Position numbers and translations under genes: made by a program
Notes under the pieces: model-generated
What the model saw: only the letters and a program-made list of their open reading frames with translations
Told to the model about the DNA's origin: nothing
Database searches by the model: none
Part shown: positions 6,671 to 12,208 of the stretch, piece after piece
Layout of the letters: every line of letters begins with the position of its first letter
How positions within the stretch are numbered: the stretch's first letter is position 1
Assembly (NCBI GenBank): GCA_963842945.1
Contig: CAWJIM010000009.1
Coordinates: forward strand, 1-12,208
DNA from: an uncultured Gemmatimonadales bacterium
Lineage (GTDB): Bacteria > Gemmatimonadota > Gemmatimonadetes > Gemmatimonadales > GWC2-71-9
Direction: 5' to 3'
DNA: 12,208 bases

Positions 6671-7938
6671 CGGGTACCTCCACCCGAGAGCCGACTGAGC
6701 GTCTCGGGAAAGCCGGGGAAGCTCACCGCCGCACAGGCGATGTCGTCGATCTCCACTCGTGCCCCCGGCAGGGTGCTCAGCACAGCAAAGGCCATGGCCA
6801 GGCGGTGATCGGCGGCGGTGCGCACTCTCCCTGACGGCGGCTGGTCACCACCTTCAACCAGCAGATCGTCACCTTGAACCTCTGCCCGGGCACCCACAGC
6901 CCCGAGATTCTCTGCCAGCAGCCCTAGGCGGTCACTCTCCTTGACCCTCAGCTCCCCGACCTGACGAAAGGTGGTGATGCCCTGGGCGCGAGAGGCGAGG
7001 ACCGCGAGCAGCGGGATTTCATCTATCAGCCCGGGAATCTCCTGGGCGGTGACCTCTGTTCCCCTCAAAGCCCCAGGCTGCACCATCAAATCTCCCGCCG
7101 GCTCTCCGTGTTGGTCCGATTGGTTTTCGGTGTCAACCTGTCCACCCATTCGAGCCAGCACCCTAAGGAAGCCGATACGGGTTGGATTGAGGCCAACTCC
7201 TGATATGCGCAAGGATCCGCTTTCAGCCAGGAGGGCGGCGCCGACCAGAAACGCGGCCGATGAAGGATCGCCCGGCACCTCGATGGTGAAAGGCTCGATT
7301 CTGCCGGTCGGTTTCGAGGTGATCCAGCCGTCACTCTCCGTCAGATCGTACCCGAAGGCGCGGAGCAGCCGCTCGGTGTGATCGCGGGAGCGGCCATGCG
7401 GCTCCCGCAGGCTCACCTCGACCTGACCAGCCACTCCGGCAAGCAGGAGGGCGCTCTTGATCTGCGCGCTCGAGACCGGCAGCTCGTAGCGGAGTGGCCT
7501 GAGAGAGCCGCCGTGGATAGTTAGCGGCAGCCCGTCTCCGTTTTGTTCGGTAAAGCGGGCGCCCATGGTTGCCAGTGGAGTAGTAACCCGGCGCATCGGC
7601 CGACGGCGCAGCGAGCTGTCGCCGGTCAGGGTGGCGGCAAAATCGTGCGCTGCCAGCATTCCCAGGGTCAGACGAGTGGTAGTGCCCGAGTTGCCACAGT
7701 CGAGGATTCGATCTGGCCGACGGAGCCGGCCATGACCCTCAACCTGCACCACCGCGCCGGGCCGGAGAGGAGATACCGTGGCGCCGAGCTGTCGCAAGAT
7801 GCGCGCGGTCGAGCGGGCATCGAGCGAGGTGAGCGCGCCGCGGATTCTGCTCGCGCCCCGCGCCAGTGCCGCCAGCAGCAGGACTCGGTGGGTGATGCTC
7901 TTGTCTCCGGGGACCCGGGCAGTGCCGGCCACCCTCAC
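6667..7938 (-). CDS. aroA: 3-phosphoshikimate 1-carboxyvinyltransferase (EPSP synthase), class II signatures
   Basis: PGDKSITHR, DCGNSGTT, RRPMRRV, SAQIKS, RDHTE, PGDPSSAAF, NPTR, IDEIP, ELRVKESDR, DHRLAM and SFPGF. Confidence 0.97.
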   Translation of the reverse strand: MRVAGTARVPGDKSITHRVLLLAALARGASRIRGALTSLDARSTARILRQLGATVSPLRPGAVVQVEGHGRLRRPDRILDCGNSGTTTRLTLGMLAAHDFAATLTGDSSLRRRPMRRVTTPLATMGARFTEQNGDGLPLTIHGGSLRPLRYELPVSSAQIKSALLLAGVAGQVEVSLREPHGRSRDHTERLLRAFGYDLTESDGWITSKPTGRIEPFTIEVPGDPSSAAFLVGAALLAESGSLRISGVGLNPTRIGFLRVLARMGGQVDTENQSDQHGEPAGDLMVQPGALRGTEVTAQEIPGLIDEIPLLAVLASRAQGITTFRQVGELRVKESDRLGLLAENLGAVGARAEVQGDDLLVEGGDQPPSGRVRTAADHRLAMAFAVLSTLPGARVEIDDIACAAVSFPGFPETLSRLSGGGTR

Positions 7939-8783
7939 CGGTCGATACCCAGCCGAAAGCCACGGGCGAGCTCGCAGAACTGAAGGAGAGCGCTGCGCTC
8001 TTCATTCGAGAGAAGCCGCCGCAGCTCCTCCAGCCCAGCTTGGGTTTGTTCCAGCGCTTCGATCACTGCCGAACGGTTCAGCAGCAGAATGTCCACCCAC
8101 ATCTCGGGATTGCTGGCTGCCAGCCGCGTAGTGTCCTTGGCTCCGCTCCCGAACGACACCCCGCCCAGTCCACGATCGGCCAGCACCTTGGCCAGAGCGT
8201 ACGCCACCGCCTGAGACAGGTGGCTGGTCCAGGCCAGCTGTCGGTCATGCGCTGCTGGGTCAATCAGCACAGCGGAGGCATCCAGGGTGTCCTCCCAGAA
8301 GCTCGCAACCGCGGCCGCAGCTCCATGCCCGGCGACTGTACCGGTCTCGCAGATGTACACCACGCACCCGCGAAGACGCTCCGGACTCGCCGACATGAAG
8401 CCGGTCTGGTGGGTTCCTGCGAGCGGATGTCCGCCGGCAAATCTATCGCCCATACCCGAAGCCACGGCGTGCCGAATGATCGGCTCTTTGACGCTGCAGA
8501 CATCGGTCAGCACTGCTCCGGGGGCCAGAACGGAAGCCAGCGGTCCAATCAGTTCCAGCGTTGCCTGAGGCGGCACTGCCAGCACCACGATCTCCGCCTC
8601 CCGAGCAGCCTGAAGCGGGAGGTCCGCCAGTTCGGTGATGGCACCCGCCTTGAGCGCCTGAACGCCCTCTGCGGCCACGGGCGAATAGCCGACCACCCGG
8701 CCGACACCCGCCAGGCGCGCCTGCCACGCCAGGGAACCTCCAATGGCGCCGAGGCCGATGACCGCCAGCGACGATGGGTGCAC
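7935..8783 (-). CDS. tyrA: Prephenate/arogenate dehydrogenase (TyrA family), with no ACT or chorismate mutase domain
   Basis: IGLGAIGGS Rossmann motif, LAVPP, TDVCSVK, GGHPLAG, HD..LA.TSH and DTTRLA.SNPEMW; directly upstream of aroA with a GTGA overlap. Confidence 0.92.
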   Translation of the reverse strand: MHPSSLAVIGLGAIGGSLAWQARLAGVGRVVGYSPVAAEGVQALKAGAITELADLPLQAAREAEIVVLAVPPQATLELIGPLASVLAPGAVLTDVCSVKEPIIRHAVASGMGDRFAGGHPLAGTHQTGFMSASPERLRGCVVYICETGTVAGHGAAAAVASFWEDTLDASAVLIDPAAHDRQLAWTSHLSQAVAYALAKVLADRGLGGVSFGSGAKDTTRLAASNPEMWVDILLLNRSAVIEALEQTQAGLEELRRLLSNEERSALLQFCELARGFRLGIDR

Positions 8784-8838
8784 GGATTTGTTAGAGTGTG
8801 CTCGGGTGAAGAGACGTTATTGCCCGGGAACAGCCAAG

Positions 8839-8867
8839 ATTGTACAGATATGGCATCCGATTCTCAA
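8839..8867 (-). promoter_or_regulatory. Putative sigma70-type promoter of the tyrA-aroA-cmk-ligase operon
   Basis: Minus strand reads TTGAGA (8867-8862), a 17-nt spacer, then TACAAT (8844-8839). Both hexamers match consensus at 5 of 6 positions, in an otherwise GC-rich sequence. Confidence 0.7.
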
Positions 8868-8879
8868 ACGGAATGTCGC

Positions 8880-9257
8880 GTGCCGAAAATCCTGATCGTG
8901 GAAGACAGCCCCGACAACATGAAGCTCTTCCGTACCCTGCTCACGTTCAAGGGTCACGAGGTGGTTGGGCTCTCGGGCGGAGAGGGACTGCTGAACACGA
9001 TCGAGCAGGGAAACTTTGATCTCGTGCTGATGGACATTCAGCTGCCCGGCAAGGACGGCTTTGCCCTGCTGCGGGAGATCCGCAGCTCTCCGGCCGGAAC
9101 CATGCGGGTGATTGCCCTGACGGCGCATGCCATGGCGGGAGACCGGGAACGCGCACTGCAGGCCGGCTTCGACGGGTACATCACCAAGCCAATTGACGTG
9201 AAAGCGTTTCCGGAGGAGGTGCAACGCGCACTGCAGGGCGAACGCCTGAGCGGTTAA
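8880..9257 (+). CDS. Single-domain response regulator (CheY-like receiver, DivK-like), ~125 aa
   Basis: KILIVEDSPDNMKLF, DLVLMDIQLP (phosphoacceptor Asp), IALTAHAMAGDRE and GFDGYITKPI. GTG at 8880 is preferred; an alternative in-frame ATG lies at 8850. Confidence 0.92.
   Translation: MPKILIVEDSPDNMKLFRTLLTFKGHEVVGLSGGEGLLNTIEQGNFDLVLMDIQLPGKDGFALLREIRSSPAGTMRVIALTAHAMAGDRERALQAGFDGYITKPIDVKAFPEEVQRALQGERLSG
9148..9237 (+). repeat. 15-bp exact direct repeat AACGCGCACTGCAGG (9148-9162 and 9223-9237)
   Basis: Read directly from the sequence. Both copies are in frame and encode RALQ. Confidence 0.8.
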
Positions 9258-11387
9258 TAACCCACTGAAGAGTCGAAGCGCAGCAGCATCAGGCAGTGGG
9301 CGACCAGGTTCACCCTCCCCTCTCGCACCGGCCGAACACTCGGGTGCGCCGTGTTCAACACCTCGGCCCATGATCCGGGTCGGCCCAGCGCGGGAAGAAT
9401 GAAGGGCTTGGACCGCGCGCCCCCGTTGAGGAGCAGCAGGATGGCGTCGCCGGTGACTCGGCGCCCCCGTTCGTCGGTTTCGTCGGTGGCTTCGCCACGG
9501 ATCAACATGCCAAGCACATGATTGGCCGGGTCGTTCCACTCGTGCGGGGTCATCTCCGCTCCGTCGGCCCGAAGCCAGGTCAGGTCTTTGGCGCTTCCTG
9601 TCGGAGCCTCGTGCCGGAAGAAGGTGCGCCGGCGGAGTACCGGATTGGCGGCCCGGATGGCAAAGACGCTGCGGGTGAACTGCAGCAACTCCCGCTGCAG
9701 TGGGTTGAGCTGCCAGTCGATCCAGGTCGTCGGGTTGTCCTGACAATAGGCATTGTTGTTTCCCGCTTGAGACCGGCCGAGCTCGTCGCCATGGGAGATC
9801 ATCGGAACACCCTGGGAAAATGCCAGGGTAGCCAGAAAGTTTCGTTTGATCCGCTCCCGCATTCGGACGATGTGCGCCGCTTCGGTGGCCCCCTCGATAC
9901 CCCAATTCCGGCTGTGGTTCTGATCGGTGCCGTCCCGGTTGTTCTCCCCGTTGGCTTCATTGTGCTTGGACTCGTAGCTGACCAGGTCCTGCAAGGTGAA
10001 GCCATCGTGGCAGGTGACGAAGTTCACGCTGGCCAGCGGGGTGCGGCCGCTGGTCTCATAGAGATCGCTGCTGCCGGAGAGCCTCGAAGCCAGATCACCC
10101 ACCGTTCCTGGATCGCCCCGCCAGAATCGCCGGATGCTGTCCCGGTACTTGCCGTTCCACTCCGCCCATCCGTTGGGAAATCGACCCACCTGGTAGCCGT
10201 CCGGCCCAAGATCCCAGGGCTCGGCGATCAGCTTTGCCTGGGAGACGATGGGGTCCTGGCGGACCAGATCGAAGAATTCGCCGCACGGATCCATACCATC
10301 AATTCCCCGCGCGAGAACCGGTGCCAGATCAAAGCGAAAGCCGTCGACATGCATTTCGGTGATCCAGTATCTGAGGCTGTCCATCACCAGCTGCATCGTT
10401 CGCGGATGCCGCAGATCGACGGTGTTGCCGCACCCGGTGAAGTCGACGTAGAGCCGCGGATTCTTCGGATCCAGGCGATAGTAGGCCGAGTTATCGATGC
10501 CCCGGAACGACAAGCGTGGGGCCCAGGTGGTTGCCTTCGGCGGTGTGGTTGTAGACCACGTCGAGGATCACCTCGAGCCCGCGCTGCGTGAAGCCGCTTC
10601 ACCATGGACTTGAACTCGGCAACCTGGTGGCCGGCGGGCGCCGGCGGTGGCATACCGAATATCCGGAGCGAAGAATCCGATGCTGCTGTAGCCCCAGTAG
10701 TTGGTGAGTCCCAGCTCGGCCAGCCGCCGCTCAGTCACGATGTGATGGATCGGCAGCAGCTCGACGGCGGTCACCCCCAGCGCTTTCAGATGATCGATCA
10801 CGCGGGTCGGTGGCCAGACCCAGGTAGGTCCCCCGGAGCGGCTCGGGCACGTCAGGGTGCAGCATGGTCATTCCCTTGACGTGGCACTCGTAGATCACCG
10901 TCCGGTTCCAGGGAGTGCGCGGAAGCTGGTCGTCGCCCCAGGTGAAGGCCGACTCGATCACGATGGACTTGGGCATGACCGCCGGCGCTGTCCTGCGCAT
11001 CGAGCGCAAGATCGCGATCGGGGTCGCTGCTCCGGACCGGATAACCGGAGAGCGCATCGCTCCACTCGACCGTTCCGCTGATGGCTTTGCCGTAGGGATC
11101 GAGGAGCAGCTTGGCCGGATTGAAGCGATGACCTTCCGCGGGGGCGTGAGGACCATGGACCCGGTAGCCGTAGCGCCTGGCCGGGCCGAACGTCCGGCAG
11201 GTAGGCATGCCAGACCTGGTCGGCTCCGTTCTCGCAGGTCGACTCGCTCGGCTTCGACCGCGTCATCGGGGTGGTTGAACAGGCAGAGCTCCACCCGATG
11301 GCCGTTCTCGGAGAAGAGGGCAAAGTTGGTCCCCTCTCCGTCCCAGGTGGCACCGAGGGGAGCCGGCTGGCCCGGCCAGACCCGGAT
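9254..11387 (-). CDS. glgX: Glycogen debranching enzyme GlgX (GH13 isoamylase type), ~708 aa after correcting seven apparent +1 indels
   Basis: The fragments form the canonical order: [115 protein letters not shown] and [10 protein letters not shown]. (2134-7)/3 = 709 codons exactly. The start is uncertain because 11387 reads ATC. Confidence 0.9.
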
Positions 11388-12164
11388 CAGAGCCGCCTCA
11401 ACAGAACGGCACTTCTGGGACGCCAGGCGGAGGCCAGTCGAGGTCAGGCCGCTCTTCCCTTCTCCACCGTAGCGGGGATCATCGGTGGACAACACCGCGG
11501 CATGACTGCCTCGGGATTCCAGTGCCAGGGTCCGCTCCACCGAGCCGAAGTTGAACCCCGCTATCAGCTCCGATCCGGTGGCTTCGAGCCTGAGCGAGAC
11601 CCACTGGTCGGACTCACTGTGCTCGACTGAGACGCCGGCGCTGCCAGGACGGAGCGCGGGCTCCTGCTGTCGCATCCGGAGCAGATCGGTGTACAGCGCG
11701 CGCAGCCTCGCGTGGCTCCTTTCCCCGGACCAGGCCCAGCTCAGGCGGGAACCGGCGAAGGTAGACTCACTCTGGGGGTCCGGGACCTCGCCAGACCAGC
11801 CGAACGCGGCGAACTCCCGTCGCCGGCCCTCCCGCACCGACTGGATCAGATCGGCATCTCCGTGACTCACGAAGTACATGAACGGATTGATCTCACCGTA
11901 CTCTTCGCCCATGAAGAGCAGCGGGACATATGGTGACAGCAGCAAGAGCGCCGCACCTAGCCTGAGCGCTGCGGGATCCACCAGAACGGACAGTCGTTCT
12001 CCTCCGGCCCGGTTTCCCACCTGGTCGTGATTCTGGATGCAAACCACGAAACGATCCGCCGGCACATCGCCCGCCGGCCGGCCATAGCGGCGGCGCCGGT
12101 AGGGTGAGTATCGGCCATCGTTCACGAATCGGTCGGCCAGGGCTTTGGCCACGGGACGCACTCC
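11387..12164 (-). CDS. treZ: Malto-oligosyltrehalose trehalohydrolase, 3' part only (5' truncated)
   Basis: G.YS.YR.R.YG.P, FVVCIQNHDQVGNRA.GERL, LLSPYVPLLFMGEEYG, PF.YF.SH, VREGRRREF, PDPQ..STF..S.L. The probable stop is TGA at 11387-11389, reached after one extra base at ~11420. Confidence 0.88.
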
Positions 12165-12208
12165 AGACAATACACGCAACCGAACCGAAGCAAAATACAT
12201 AAAACATA
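12165..12208 (-). other. Probable residual Oxford Nanopore ligation adapter (technical artefact)
   Basis: The reverse complement TATGTTTTATGTATTTTGCTTCGGTTCGGTTGCGTGTATTGTCT resembles the adapter core TGTACTTCGTTCAGTTACGTATTGCT. It is AT-rich, terminal, and TreZ-like residues begin right after it. Confidence 0.75.

Noticed and set aside
8040..8879. N-terminal extension of the response regulator (405-aa ORF)
   Set aside because: The extension is antisense to tyrA and crosses the promoter region. Receiver similarity starts only at VPKILIVED.
9148..9237. 15-bp direct repeat as an insertion scar or regulatory repeat
   Set aside because: Both copies lie in frame inside an intact receiver domain and flank essential residues (KP). 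Most likely coincidence or a local coding duplication.
1..12208. Mobile elements, CRISPR arrays or anti-phage defence genes
   Set aside because: No transposase, integrase, nuclease or reverse-transcriptase motifs, no spaced repeats, and no evident compositional island.

Overview
GC-rich bacterial window, almost all genes on the minus strand. A promoter at about 8839-8867 appears to drive one tightly coupled nine-gene operon: tyrA, aroA and cmk, then a six-gene cassette of unknown function. The cassette encodes two alpha/beta-hydrolase esterases, three ATP-dependent amide ligases of different architecture (RimK-like ATP-grasp, circularly permuted ATP-grasp, YbdK/GCS2 carboxylate-amine ligase) and a PuuD-like gamma-glutamyl hydrolase. 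It is the best candidate for an uncharacterised system, probably non-ribosomal synthesis and turnover of a gamma-glutamyl peptide or conjugate. Also present: a divergent single-domain DivK-like response regulator, glgX, the 3' part of treZ, and a second promoter with a structured leader pointing out of the left edge. The last ~44 nt resemble a mis-called Oxford Nanopore adapter. About ten single-base indels (ybdK, one esterase, glgX x7, the treZ tail) are therefore most likely read errors, not pseudogenes. All family calls rest on motif recognition; no database search was run.
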